Assembly: GCA_030432755.1 (NCBI GenBank)
Contig: JAUILZ010000001.1
Location: 203,388-267,387 of the forward strand
Direction of reading: 5' to 3'
Origin: Gammaproteobacteria bacterium
Lineage (GTDB): Bacteria; Pseudomonadota; Gammaproteobacteria; Arenicellales; Poriferihabitantaceae
DNA: 64,000 bases
Numbering within the stretch: the first letter of the stretch is position 1; each line of letters starts with the position of its first letter. Shown in pieces: positions 38,336-48,327 of the stretch. Under the pieces are notes generated by a model. That model saw only the letters and a program-made list of their open reading frames with translations, searched no databases and was not told where the DNA came from. The translations under genes were made by a program, and so were the position numbers.

Positions 38336-38369
38336 CCCGGCAACGCCAACGCGCATTGCCGGGCTTTTT
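38336..38369 (+). terminator. Rho-independent terminator downstream of EF-hand gene
   Basis: CCCGGCAA ... TTGCCGGG followed by CTTTTT. Confidence 0.8.
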
Positions 38370-38462
38370 CATTGAAAGGTCCATATATCAAGGCCGAGCC
38401 CGGGGTCGGCTGGATTGATCGGCGTCAATTGCGCCCTGCTGCGGGATTGCTAGATTGCGCCT

Positions 38463-39674
38463 ATGAATATCACTTCCCAGGCAAGAGACGCGCTCGCTCG
38501 CGGGTGCGCCAAACCCATACTCGCCGTGATGCTGGCGACCTCGCTCGCCGCGATCCCGGGGATGCCGGTGACCGCAGCCGCACAGAGCGCTGGCAATCCG
38601 GGTGTCGATCCCGAGATTCGCGAGACGATGCGGGAGGCCTTCGATGCCCTGTCCTTCCTCGTGGAAGCCGCCATCGAGCCGGGCGCCGCGCCAAGACCCC
38701 GCGCCGAGATGGAGGCCGCGCTGGAACGGCTCGAGGCCGCCAGCGAGGCGCTGCAGTTTCACGGCCAGCTCAAGCCGACCGCGTTCAGCCTGCTGGGGCG
38801 CTCCCTGGAAGACAGTGTCGGGAGAATGATCGACAACTACCGCGTCGGCCTGACGGACGTCGCGGACCTGTATTTGCTGGACACGGTGGAACACTGCGTC
38901 ACCTGCCATTCCCTGCTGCCCGACAAGGGTCAACGCAACCTGGGCGAGCTGTTTGCCGGGGCCGTGGAAGAGGCGAGTGTGGAGCCCGTCGTCGCCGCGC
39001 ATCTGCTGATCGCGGCGCGCCAGGTGCCCAGGGCGCTGTCCCTCTGGGAATCCTACTTCAGCAGCGACGACTTCGCTCCCGGCGAGATGACTTCCCAGGA
39101 GGAACTGGCGGATTATCTCTGGCATGCACTTCTCCTGACCGGGGATCCCGAGCGTCCTTTGCCGGTGCTGGAAATGGTACGTGACGCGGAAGATGCGCCG
39201 TTCTACCTTCGTCGGCGGGCCGGCCAGTGGATCGGTCAGCTCGGCGACCTGGCGGCGGGATTTCAGCAAGACGCCGGCATTGGGGAAATCCGTCGTCTGT
39301 TCGGCGGCGGATTCACCTACTCGGACACACTGGCTGGACGTGATCACCTGGTGCAGGACGTGCTGGTCTCCAGCCAGGCCAACCAGCTACTGGCAAACGC
39401 CGGCATCCTGCAGGCGGAGGAGCGCGCCGAACTGTATTTCATCCTGGCCTTGACCGAGCTGCGCAGCCGACTGTCCGTGGGCGCGGTGCCTGCAGCGGAG
39501 CTTTACCTCGAGGCCGCGATCCGCGAGGCGCCCGACAGCGAAATCGCGCGCACCGCCTATGCAGAACTGCAACAATACGCGTTACAGTACTTTGGTGAGC
39601 CCGAGCCCTCCACAGCGTTGTTCCCCGTGCCCATGGCCGAACTTCGCCGCCTGGCGGGCCTGAACCAACCCTGA
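38463..39674 (+). CDS. Secreted uncharacterised protein with single CXXCH motif
   Basis: 403 aa; signal peptide ending VTAAAQSA; 'DTVEHCVTCHSLLP' c-type heme-like motif. Confidence 0.65.
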   Translation: MNITSQARDALARGCAKPILAVMLATSLAAIPGMPVTAAAQSAGNPGVDPEIRETMREAFDALSFLVEAAIEPGAAPRPRAEMEAALERLEAASEALQFHGQLKPTAFSLLGRSLEDSVGRMIDNYRVGLTDVADLYLLDTVEHCVTCHSLLPDKGQRNLGELFAGAVEEASVEPVVAAHLLIAARQVPRALSLWESYFSSDDFAPGEMTSQEELADYLWHALLLTGDPERPLPVLEMVRDAEDAPFYLRRRAGQWIGQLGDLAAGFQQDAGIGEIRRLFGGGFTYSDTLAGRDHLVQDVLVSSQANQLLANAGILQAEERAELYFILALTELRSRLSVGAVPAAELYLEAAIREAPDSEIARTAYAELQQYALQYFGEPEPSTALFPVPMAELRRLAGLNQP

Positions 39675-39688
39675 AGGAGGTAACGACC

Positions 39689-40540
39689 ATGAAGACACGC
39701 AGAATCCTGGTGGCGGTGGACAACAGCCCTGCCGCCCTCTCGCGGATCGAAAGCGCGATCCATCTCGCGAATATCATCGAGGCGGAGGTCAGCGCGATCC
39801 TCGCAATGCATATCGAGGTGCCGCCGGTGGCGGCCAGTACCATGCACGGCGGCTGGTACATGGGCGAGGAAATCCTCAACCGCAGCCGCGACGAGGCGTT
39901 GCAATCGGCCAACGTGATCCGCGAGGCGTGCATGCTGCTCGCCGAACGCCTGCAATGGGATCTCGGCTGGATCCAGCGCGAGGGCGACGCGGTGCACGTG
40001 ATCAGCGAGGAGGCGCGTTACCACGATGTCCTGCTGCTCGGCCGTCCCGACGGCGCGGGCGCGGCTCCCGGCTTCCACGGCAACGTGCATGCGATCCTGC
40101 TGGAGGCCGGGGTCCCCTGCCTGGTGCTGGCGGGGCCGCAACACGGCCTCACCCAGCAGCCGTCGCGCATACTGCTCGCCTGGGACGGTGGGCGCGAGGC
40201 CTGCCAGGCGATGCGCGGCGCGCTCGGCTTTCTCACCCGCGCGGAGGAGGTCATCGTCCTCACCCTCGCGGCCCATGCCTCGGAGGAGGCGCGCGCCGGC
40301 GAGGTCAACGCGCGCGCCATTGACTACCTGAAGACCCACGGGGTGAACACCCGCGGCCTGGTGACGGTGCGCGAGGGCATGTTCAACGGACCGCCTATCG
40401 TCCAGCACCTGGAAAAAGAGCAGCCCGACCTGGTGGTGATGGGCGCCTACGGGCATTCCCGGTTCCGCGAGACCGTCCTCGGTGGCGCCACCAGACACAT
40501 GTTGCAGAACACCGACGTGCCGCTGTTGTTCGCCCACTGA
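39689..40540 (+). CDS. Universal stress protein, tandem two-domain (UspA family)
   Basis: 'RRILVAVDNSPAALSRIESAIHLANI', C-terminal 'DLVVMGAYGHSRFRETVLGGATRHMLQNTDVPLLFAH'. Confidence 0.9.
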   Translation: MKTRRILVAVDNSPAALSRIESAIHLANIIEAEVSAILAMHIEVPPVAASTMHGGWYMGEEILNRSRDEALQSANVIREACMLLAERLQWDLGWIQREGDAVHVISEEARYHDVLLLGRPDGAGAAPGFHGNVHAILLEAGVPCLVLAGPQHGLTQQPSRILLAWDGGREACQAMRGALGFLTRAEEVIVLTLAAHASEEARAGEVNARAIDYLKTHGVNTRGLVTVREGMFNGPPIVQHLEKEQPDLVVMGAYGHSRFRETVLGGATRHMLQNTDVPLLFAH

Positions 40541-40562
40541 CACGACCGACTGGAGAATCGAC

Positions 40563-41393
40563 ATGGCGCTCAAGGACCTTCTGGTCGTGGTGGACGATTC
40601 CGACGCGAGCGAGGTGACCTTCGACTTCGCCGCCGCGCTCGCAGCCGATCACGGCGCCCATCTCGCCGTACTCTGTCCCGTTCCCAGTTTGCCGCCGGCA
40701 ATGACCATGGGGATCGAGTACAGCACCGACTGGCTGCTGTCGATCGGCGAACGCATTCGCGCGTCTGCAGAGGCCTGCCGCGCCCGAATCGGGGCGCGCG
40801 CGGAGTCCCGTGGCGTCCCCATCGAATGGCGCAGCGAAGAGGGTGATCCCGTCAGGGTGGCGACCGAGTTCAGTCGCTACGTCGACCTAACCGTCATGAC
40901 CCAGGGGGGATCCGGGCGCGCGGGGGAGGATATCCGCGAATTGTCCGACTATTTCATCCTCGACACCGGCCGGCCCGTGGTCCAGGTGCCGTTCATCGGC
41001 GCGCCCGCCAGCCCACCGCGGCGCGTGGTGGTGGGCTGGGACGGCAGCCGTAGCGCGACCCGCGCCCTGCACGATGCGTTGCCGCTGCTTACCCGGGCCG
41101 ATCACGTCGAATTGCTGAGCATTCGCGAGGCCGGGCACGACGACACGGGCGACGTTTCCGCCATCGACATCAGCGCCCACCTCGCGCGCCACGATGTCAA
41201 CGTGGAGACCCGCGTGCTGGTGACGGAGGACATCGAACCCGCGGACAGCCTCCTGTCCCATGTCAGCAGCACCGGCGCGGACCTGGTGGTCATCGGCGCC
41301 TACGGCCATTCGCGCCTGCGCGAACTGGTGCTGGGTGGAATGACCCGTGGAATATTGCGTCAGATGACCGTGCCGGTCCTGTTGTCATACTGA
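40563..41393 (+). CDS. Universal stress protein, tandem two-domain (UspA family)
   Basis: MALKDLLVVVDDSDASEVTFDFAAALAADHGAHLAVL, C-terminal 'GADLVVIGAYGHSRLRELVLGGMTRGILRQMTVPVLLSY'. Start trimmed. Confidence 0.9.
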   Translation: MALKDLLVVVDDSDASEVTFDFAAALAADHGAHLAVLCPVPSLPPAMTMGIEYSTDWLLSIGERIRASAEACRARIGARAESRGVPIEWRSEEGDPVRVATEFSRYVDLTVMTQGGSGRAGEDIRELSDYFILDTGRPVVQVPFIGAPASPPRRVVVGWDGSRSATRALHDALPLLTRADHVELLSIREAGHDDTGDVSAIDISAHLARHDVNVETRVLVTEDIEPADSLLSHVSSTGADLVVIGAYGHSRLRELVLGGMTRGILRQMTVPVLLSY

Positions 41394-41418
41394 CACGGCT
41401 TCCCCGATACTTCGGGCC

Positions 41419-41835
41419 ATGCGCTTTTCCACCACGCTTCTGGCGGCGTGTACGCTGTTGCTGTCCGCCTGCGCCGCGCCTACCGCGGAGGAACGGGATG
41501 AGATCATCGTCCTGAACAGCAGCGAGGTGCGCACCCTGATGCAGAAAATGGCGGTCATGGTGTTCAACCTCGAGGATCTGGTGCTGGCGCCGAATACGGC
41601 TGATCCGGGAGCACGGCAGGAGGCCGTGATCGGGCAGCTCGCGGAGATCGAGAAGGTGGCGATGAATCTCGGCGCAGGACCCCAACGCACCAACCACTTT
41701 CTTATCGACAGCGGCATTGATCGCCTGGTGACGGACCTGCATCTCGCTTCGGATGCGGCGAGCGCGGAACCTCCCGACTACGAGCCTGCTCTCGACGTGA
41801 TCGATCAATGCAAGCGATGCCACCTGATGCGTTAA
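41419..41835 (+). CDS. Lipoprotein with C-terminal CXXCH motif, uncharacterised
   Basis: 138 aa; lipobox LLLSAC; C-terminus 'ALDVIDQCKRCHLMR*'. Confidence 0.6.
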   Translation: MRFSTTLLAACTLLLSACAAPTAEERDEIIVLNSSEVRTLMQKMAVMVFNLEDLVLAPNTADPGARQEAVIGQLAEIEKVAMNLGAGPQRTNHFLIDSGIDRLVTDLHLASDAASAEPPDYEPALDVIDQCKRCHLMR

Positions 41836-41916
41836 TCGGGTAGCGCGGGGGCCGCCGGGCCCGGCATAGCACGATGGTCTATAATCCGGGCCCGTTTCCC
41901 CTCTCGCACCACGAAC

Positions 41917-43095
41917 ATGCGCCCGTCGCGCCGGGTATTGCTGATCAGTCCACAGCCCTATTTTGCCTGGCGCGGCAGCTCCATCCGGGTGAAGTTCAAT
42001 GTCCGCGCCCTCGCGGACCTGGGCCACGACGTCGACCTGCTGACGATCCCCATCGGGGAGGATGAGCCGGACACCCCGGCGCGGGTGATCCGGGTCTGGA
42101 ACCTGCTGGGTTCGCGTTCGATCTCCATCGGCCCGTCGCCGCTCAAGCTCTGGTTCGACCTGCTGCTGCTGATCCGTGGCCTCGGCCTCGTCGTGCGCCA
42201 CCGCTACGACGTGATCCATGGCACCGAGGAAGCCGGTTTTCTCTCGTGGATCCTCGCAAGGCTCAGCCGCGCGCGTTGCGTGTACGAAAAACATTCCGAT
42301 GCCGCGTCGTATAAAAAGGGTGCGCTGCAGAACCTGTTCCTGAAGGCCTATCTCGCGGTGGAGCATTTCACCTGCCGTCACGCCGACCTCGTGATCTGCA
42401 CCGGCCCCGGTCTTTATCGCCAGGCGCTGTCGGTGGCGCCATCGGCCCGGGTCCACGATATCTTCGACATTCCCTCGTCGCTGGTGGAGCCACCGCCCGC
42501 GGCGGTGACGGCGGCGCGGGAGAAGATGGATCCGAACGGCGACCGGGTGCTGGCCTGCTATGTCGGCTCCTTCGCCGTCTACCAGGGTATCGACGTGTTG
42601 TTCGAGGCGATGCCGGCGGTGACCAGGGCGGACGCGCGCGTGCGATTCGTGATCATCGGCGGTAGTGACGCCGAGATCGCGGCGCGCCGGGCGGCACTCG
42701 ACACGGCGGGAGTGCCCACGGACGCGGTACAATTCCTCGGTCTCATTCCGCCGGACGAATTGCCGGCCTGGCTCGCCGCGGCGGATATTTTGCTCGCGCC
42801 GCGCAAGGCCGGCGTCAATACCCCGCTCAAGGTGCTGGACTATTTCAAGGCCGGCGGCGCCATCGTCGCCACCGACACCCCCGCCAACCGCTTCATCATG
42901 GATGAGGAATGCGCGCGCCTCGTGGAGTTCAGCGCGGATGGGTTCGCCGGCGGCATACTCGACCTCTGCCGCGATTCCGCGGCCCGCGGCGCCATCGCCC
43001 GGCGCGGGCGGACGCTGTACGAGGAGAAATTCAACTTTCGTGTCTTCACCCGCCTGCTGGGGGAAGCCTACGACGACATGCTGGCAGCCGCCTGA
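41917..43095 (+). CDS. Glycosyltransferase family 4 protein
   Basis: 392 aa; 'CYVGSFAVYQGIDVLFEAMPAVTRADARVRFVIIGG', 'GLIPPDELPAWLAAADILLAPRKAGVNTPLKVLDYFKAGGAIVATD'. Confidence 0.88.
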   Translation: MRPSRRVLLISPQPYFAWRGSSIRVKFNVRALADLGHDVDLLTIPIGEDEPDTPARVIRVWNLLGSRSISIGPSPLKLWFDLLLLIRGLGLVVRHRYDVIHGTEEAGFLSWILARLSRARCVYEKHSDAASYKKGALQNLFLKAYLAVEHFTCRHADLVICTGPGLYRQALSVAPSARVHDIFDIPSSLVEPPPAAVTAAREKMDPNGDRVLACYVGSFAVYQGIDVLFEAMPAVTRADARVRFVIIGGSDAEIAARRAALDTAGVPTDAVQFLGLIPPDELPAWLAAADILLAPRKAGVNTPLKVLDYFKAGGAIVATDTPANRFIMDEECARLVEFSADGFAGGILDLCRDSAARGAIARRGRTLYEEKFNFRVFTRLLGEAYDDMLAAA

Positions 43096-43892
43096 TGCGC
43101 TACGTCATCGACACTCACGTTCATATCTATCCGTTCTACGATACCGCCGCCGCGCTCGACAGCCTGCTCGACAATCTCGGCCGCGCCGACCCGGATGCGT
43201 CACGTATCGGATGCCTTACCGAGCGCTATGACTGCGACCTCTACAACCAGCTCTGCGCGCAACCGGACGCGAAAGTCAGTGAACGATTCGATCTCACCCC
43301 GGGGGACGATTCCCTGGGAATCCGACGTCGTGGCGATGGCGCCACCTGCCAGTTGTTGCCTGGACAACAGGTAATCACCGGCGAGAATATAGAAATACTG
43401 TCCCTCGCCTGCCGCGAACGTGTCACCGAGGGCGAGTCCGCGCCGGACACGGTGCGCGCGATCCTCGACAAGGGCGGGCTGCCGGTGGCGGCCTGGGCTC
43501 CCGGGAAATGGTTTTTCGAACGCGGGAAAGTCGTGCGCGCGCTGCTCGACCAGTTCGAGCCCACGGAACTGGCCCTCGGTGATACCACCCTTCGCCCGCT
43601 CGGGTGGACGACGCCCGATATCTTTCGCGATGCGAGGGCGCGGGGATTCCGCACGCTCTATGGCTCCGACCCCTTGCCATACGGTGGCGAGGAGCAACGC
43701 CCCGGAAGTTATTGCAGCGAAGTCACGCGCGCCTCTGGAAATGGGCTGACCGAGACCCCATCCGGGGTAGTCAGGTCCCTGTTGGGCGGGGGCTGGGATA
43801 TTTCACCGGCGGGCCGCCGCGGTTCACTGCCCACGGTGCTCGAACGCCTGGTGCGCAATCATCGCGCGCCAAAGCCCGCGAGGGCGTGCTGA
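43095..43892 (+). CDS. PHP/amidohydrolase-like metal-dependent protein
   Basis: MRYVIDTHVHIYPFYDTAAALDSLL 'DTHVHI' motif; start overlaps the preceding stop codon. Confidence 0.6.
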   Translation: MRYVIDTHVHIYPFYDTAAALDSLLDNLGRADPDASRIGCLTERYDCDLYNQLCAQPDAKVSERFDLTPGDDSLGIRRRGDGATCQLLPGQQVITGENIEILSLACRERVTEGESAPDTVRAILDKGGLPVAAWAPGKWFFERGKVVRALLDQFEPTELALGDTTLRPLGWTTPDIFRDARARGFRTLYGSDPLPYGGEEQRPGSYCSEVTRASGNGLTETPSGVVRSLLGGGWDISPAGRRGSLPTVLERLVRNHRAPKPARAC

Positions 43893-44012
43893 GTGGGGGC
43901 AAAGCGACTACAATCAGCGCCACCCGGGACGGTGGGCATCGGCGGTCAACTCGACTCGCCTGCACGACACGCAGAGAAGCAAAACCAGACTGCCGGCGAG
44001 ACCGGCGGCGAC

Positions 44013-45068
44013 ATGTTCCACCCGGCGCATCAGAGCGAAGAACAGGCAGAAATGTACGAAGAGTTTGGGCAATACGCCGGGTGCAATGTGCTGGTCACGG
44101 GCGCAACCGGGTTTGCAGGGCGGGTGCTCGTCCAGAAGCTGGCCAGGACCGGCGCCAGGCTGCGGGTGCTGGCGCGCGAAAGCTCCAATCTAGGCGAACT
44201 TGCCGATCTCGATATCCAGTGGTTCCGCGGGGACGTCTGCGACGAGGAAATCGTACAAGCAGCCACGCGGGACGTGCACTACCTGTTCCACCTCGCGGCC
44301 GCGTTCCGCGAGACCCATCCCAACGAGGAGGACTACCGCAGGGTCCACCTCTACAGCACTCAGCTGCTGGCAAAGGCGCTGGTCGACCAACCGCAGTTCC
44401 GCCGATTCCTGCACGTCTCCACCGTGGGCGTGCATGGCCACATCGAGTCCGGCCGGGCGGATGAGAACCATCGTTTCTCGCCCGGCGACTCGTACCAGAA
44501 AACCAAGCTCGAGGGCGAGCTCTGGCTCCGGCAATTCGGCGAAGACACCGGCCTGCCCTATACCGTGATCCGACCAGGCCCGATGTTCGGGCCGGGCGAC
44601 ATGCGCCTGCTGAAAATGTACCGCATGATCAGCAAGGGCTTTTTCGTGGTCCTGGGCGATTCGCGCGGACTCTACCACCTGGTCCACGTGGACGACGCGA
44701 CCAACCTGATGATGCTGGCCGCGCTCCGCGAGGAGGCCCGTTCCGAGGTGTTCATCGTCATGAGCGACGATCCGATCCGGGTGGTGGACATGGCGAAGGT
44801 GATCGCGAAAAAGATCGGCCGCGAGGTGCGCATCATCCGCCTGCCGGTGTGGCCTTTCTATATCGCCGCCGATATCTGCTGCGCGATCTGCTATCCGCTG
44901 GGCATCGCCCCGCCCCTGTATCGCCGGCGAGTGGATTTCTTCACCAAGGACCGGAGCTTCGACAACTCCAAGGTAAAGCGGATGCTCGGCTACCGGTTCC
45001 GTTACGACAACGAACTCGGTATCGAGGAAACCGCGAACTGGTATCTCCAGAACAACCTGATCCGCTAG
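44013..45068 (+). CDS. NAD-dependent epimerase/dehydratase family protein
   Basis: 'NVLVTGATGFAGRVLVQKLARTGARLRVLARESS', 'RFLHVSTVGVHGH', 'YQKTKLEGELW' (YxxxK). Exact start uncertain (44013 or 44052). Confidence 0.88.
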   Translation: MFHPAHQSEEQAEMYEEFGQYAGCNVLVTGATGFAGRVLVQKLARTGARLRVLARESSNLGELADLDIQWFRGDVCDEEIVQAATRDVHYLFHLAAAFRETHPNEEDYRRVHLYSTQLLAKALVDQPQFRRFLHVSTVGVHGHIESGRADENHRFSPGDSYQKTKLEGELWLRQFGEDTGLPYTVIRPGPMFGPGDMRLLKMYRMISKGFFVVLGDSRGLYHLVHVDDATNLMMLAALREEARSEVFIVMSDDPIRVVDMAKVIAKKIGREVRIIRLPVWPFYIAADICCAICYPLGIAPPLYRRRVDFFTKDRSFDNSKVKRMLGYRFRYDNELGIEETANWYLQNNLIR

Positions 45069-45077
45069 GAACCGGTC

Positions 45078-46088
45078 TCAAAATAGCCTGCGCTGGCCGT
45101 GCAGCAGACGGTGCGCCTGCAAACGCATCCATTCCCTCGAACGTAGCGTCATCGGGGGCGGGTCCAGCGCCGCAGCGCTTGCCTTCAGGGCGGGTTCGGC
45201 ATCCCGCAAGGCACTACCCGAATCTCCCAGTCTGCGCCAGTAGCGATACCAGGCTATCCCCAGCGGGCGTGGTACCGGTTGACCCCGGCGATGCCAGTAT
45301 TGCAGCGCTTCCAGGTGGAGCAGAGCGTTCTCCAGTAGAAACCTTCCGCCATCGAGGCGAGCGGTGCTGTTTTCCGAACCTTGTCGCTCGCGATAAAGAA
45401 TGCCCACATGGCCACAATGGGCGATGGAATGACCGGCGAGGAACAATCGCAGGATGAGGTCAGTGTCGCTTGCCTGCCAGCGCTCGTCCCAGCCCTTGAG
45501 ACCAACGAGAGATTCGCGCCGAAAGAGCAGGCTGCAGGATGTCCAGAACTGCACATCATCGAAAAGATACGGGAAAATGTCTTCGGGCGAGAAGAGAGTA
45601 TCAGCAAGGGGTTCGCGATGGGCGAGCGCAAAGCCGCGGGTGCCGTACAGCTCGCCAGGCGCAAGCTGTTCGTCACAGCGCCGGGAGAGACAGGCCGCGG
45701 CACCAGCCGTATTGTGGCCAATCAACGCATCAACCAGACGGCGGAGCGTCCCCGGGGTCATGACATCATCGGCATCCAGCTTGATCACTAACGCGCCGCG
45801 GGACCGTTCGAGCGCGGTGTTCCAGTTGCGGTTCATACCCAGCCTTTCCGGATTGCGGAAATAGCGCAGGCGGGGATCGTCGATGGCATTGACAGCCGTT
45901 TGGCAATCCGGGTCCACGCCCTCGTCCGACACCACGACCTCGAAATCCTCCCAGTCCTGGGACAGCACCGATTCGAGCGCCGCCTGGATATAGGGCCCGT
46001 CACGGTAGCAGGGAACGAGTACGCTGACGGCTGGATCAGGCAATGGCGTGGGCGTGGAAACGGGACAACGGAGGGTAACCAGCGCCAT
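45078..46088 (-). CDS. Glycosyltransferase family 2 protein
   Basis: 'AVSVLVPCYRDGPYIQAALESVLSQDWEDFEVVVSDEG', 'GALVIKLDADDVMTPGTL'; start uncertain (46088 to 46160). Confidence 0.85.
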   Translation of the reverse strand: MALVTLRCPVSTPTPLPDPAVSVLVPCYRDGPYIQAALESVLSQDWEDFEVVVSDEGVDPDCQTAVNAIDDPRLRYFRNPERLGMNRNWNTALERSRGALVIKLDADDVMTPGTLRRLVDALIGHNTAGAAACLSRRCDEQLAPGELYGTRGFALAHREPLADTLFSPEDIFPYLFDDVQFWTSCSLLFRRESLVGLKGWDERWQASDTDLILRLFLAGHSIAHCGHVGILYRERQGSENSTARLDGGRFLLENALLHLEALQYWHRRGQPVPRPLGIAWYRYWRRLGDSGSALRDAEPALKASAAALDPPPMTLRSREWMRLQAHRLLHGQRRLF

Positions 46089-46152
46089 TGCGCGATTGCA
46101 ATGGCGGCGCAACTTCGCCATGCTCATCGTCATTGCCACTACGCGGGGAGCG

Positions 46153-46740
46153 ATGATCATGGGAACCGACCCTCAAGCCAAATGCAGGCCACGCTGGCGC
46201 GTGCTCGCCGTGGCAGCCGCGCTGGCATTTTGCTTGCCCGCCGGCGCCGACCAGCGCGCCCCCGCGCTCGATGGATTGTTCGCCACCCTGCAGGCGCCGC
46301 AGACCTCGCCCGGCCGCGCGCAGCAGGTGACCACCGAGATCTGGCATCACTGGCTGGAGGCGACCGACGAAGACGCGCAGCGCCTGATGAACCTCGGCAT
46401 CACGCGTATGAACGAGTTCGCCCTCGACCAGGCCGTGGAGATCTTTACCACGCTGATTGACATGTCGCCTGACTATGCCGAGGCATGGAACAAGCGCGCC
46501 ACGGTGTACTACATGATCGGCGAATATGACCTCTCCACCGCGGACGTCAAGGAAACCCTGCGCCTCGAACCGCGTCATTTCGGCGCCCTGTCGGGACAGG
46601 GCCTGATCTACATGCAACAGGACCGCAAGGCGGAGGCCCTCCACTGGTTCCGCCGCGCCCTCGACGTCAATCCATTCATGGACGGCGTGCGCCAGAACGT
46701 GGAAATGCTCGAAGCCGAACTCGAAGGCACTGTAACCTGA
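46153..46740 (+). CDS. Secreted tetratricopeptide repeat protein
   Basis: Signal peptide-like 'VLAVAAALAFCLPAGAD'; 'PDYAEAWNKRATVYYMIGEYDLSTADVKETLRLEPRHFGALSGQGLIYMQQDRKAEALHWFRRALDVNP'. Confidence 0.8.
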   Translation: MIMGTDPQAKCRPRWRVLAVAAALAFCLPAGADQRAPALDGLFATLQAPQTSPGRAQQVTTEIWHHWLEATDEDAQRLMNLGITRMNEFALDQAVEIFTTLIDMSPDYAEAWNKRATVYYMIGEYDLSTADVKETLRLEPRHFGALSGQGLIYMQQDRKAEALHWFRRALDVNPFMDGVRQNVEMLEAELEGTVT

Positions 46741-46882
46741 TCGCCCTAATTGGTGACAGTTTACTGATTTCGAGGTTTACCGCGGAGCGCCCTCCCGGGA
46801 TTGCACACCAGCTTTAGGTGAGGCAGATTCCCGCGATGCCAGTTCTCACTTCTCCTGCCCGGTATCCCCGGCGCAAAGCGCG

Positions 46883-48289
46883 TTGAGTGACGCAAACCGA
46901 ATCCATTCTGGCGACGGGGATCGCGCCAGTACGGTCGGGGACAAAAACGTCCGCCGCAGGAAAGGCCGGGCCCGTAAGCGCCACGACTATCTCCGTAACC
47001 TGTTGCAGGATCTCACCCCCGGGGAAAGATTCCGGCGCATCACCGAGGACGCCATGTGTATCGGCTGCGGTCTCTGTCAGAGCGTGGCGGGCCCGGACAG
47101 AATTCGCATGCGCCTGGTGGAGAACCTGTCCGAGCGACCAATAGCGGAAGACGAACTTGACGAGGAAACCGTGGCGCGCATTTTCCGTGCCTGCCCGGGA
47201 ACGCGCATCGAGGGACTTCCCGAACGCCTGGTGGAGCAGGACAGTGGCTACGACGACGTCTGGGGTATCTGGCGGCGGATGACGAAGGCCTGGGCGGCGG
47301 AGCCCGGGGTTCGGCATATCGGTTCCACCGGCGGCGTGCTCACCGCCCTCGCGCTCTACCTGCTGGAAAGCGGCGAGGTGGACTGCATAGTCCATGCGCG
47401 CGCCGCGGAGAAGATTCCCGCGTTCGGTGAGCGCGCGCTCAGCAGAAACCGCGCGGACGTGCTGCGCGCGGCGGGTTCGCGCTACGCGCCCACCGCCACG
47501 CTGGTGGATATCGTCGAGATTCTCGATCGTGCCGAAGCCGCCGGCGAGACCATCGCCTTTATCGGCACACCCTGCGACGTCACCGGCCTTCGTAATCTCG
47601 CGACGGAGGATCCCCGGGTGGACAGCATCTGCCGTTACCAGCTTGCCATGGTGTGTGGTGGATTCATGGCGCCCACTGCGCTGTATCGCTTCCTTGCCGA
47701 TCTCGGGGTGGAACGGGACAACGTGAAATCCCTGCGCTACCGCGGCCATGGCTGCCCGGGAGCGACACGAATCGAGACCCGGGACGGGCGCGAGGTCGAG
47801 AAGAACTACCTCGATTTCTGGGGCGAGGACGATTCCGCATGGTCGCTGCCGTTCCGCTGCAAGGTCTGCGCCGACAGTACCGGAGACGCCGCGGATATCG
47901 CGGTGGCGGATACCTGGATCGGCGGCGCGCCGTCGTGGGATGGCCAGGACGCCGATCCGGGCACCAACGCGGTCATCGCGCGCAGCAGCGCTGGCGAAAA
48001 CCTGCTGGCGCGCGCCGTGGCGGCAGGATACCTGGCCACCGGGGAAACCCTGACTCCCCGGGATCTCGATAGCTATCAGCCGCACCAGGTGGCGAAGAAA
48101 CGGGCGGTCTGGGCGCGTTTCGTCGGCATGCGCAGCGCCGGGCGTATCGTTCCCGATGTGGCCCGCCTGCGCCTGAAGCCCCTCGCGAGGAGCAACACCC
48201 CGGTGGAAAACCTGGCGCAGGCGCGTGGCACGAAACGTCGCTGTCTCGACGGCAGCAACAGTGAGCCGCCGCCGAAGCCGGTAGACTGA
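46883..48289 (+). CDS. Coenzyme F420 hydrogenase/dehydrogenase beta subunit (FrhB/FdhB) family protein
   Basis: 468 aa; 'AMCIGCGLCQSVAG', 'GVRHIGSTGGVLTALALYLLESGEVDCIVHA', 'IAFIGTPCDVTGLRNL', 'CKVCADSTGDAADIAVADTW'. Confidence 0.8.
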   Translation: MSDANRIHSGDGDRASTVGDKNVRRRKGRARKRHDYLRNLLQDLTPGERFRRITEDAMCIGCGLCQSVAGPDRIRMRLVENLSERPIAEDELDEETVARIFRACPGTRIEGLPERLVEQDSGYDDVWGIWRRMTKAWAAEPGVRHIGSTGGVLTALALYLLESGEVDCIVHARAAEKIPAFGERALSRNRADVLRAAGSRYAPTATLVDIVEILDRAEAAGETIAFIGTPCDVTGLRNLATEDPRVDSICRYQLAMVCGGFMAPTALYRFLADLGVERDNVKSLRYRGHGCPGATRIETRDGREVEKNYLDFWGEDDSAWSLPFRCKVCADSTGDAADIAVADTWIGGAPSWDGQDADPGTNAVIARSSAGENLLARAVAAGYLATGETLTPRDLDSYQPHQVAKKRAVWARFVGMRSAGRIVPDVARLRLKPLARSNTPVENLAQARGTKRRCLDGSNSEPPPKPVD

Positions 48290-48327
48290 TTCGCATCATC
48301 CCGCCCACCGCGAAGTAAACTGTCACC

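Noticed and set aside
41290-42732. 480-aa minus-strand ORF across the CXXCH lipoprotein and GT4 genes
   Set aside because: Arg/Gly/His-rich artefact of third-position GC bias; the plus strand encodes recognisable proteins.
46814-48085. 423-aa minus-strand ORF antisense to the FrhB-like gene
   Set aside because: Plus-strand ORF has real domain motifs; the antisense has none.
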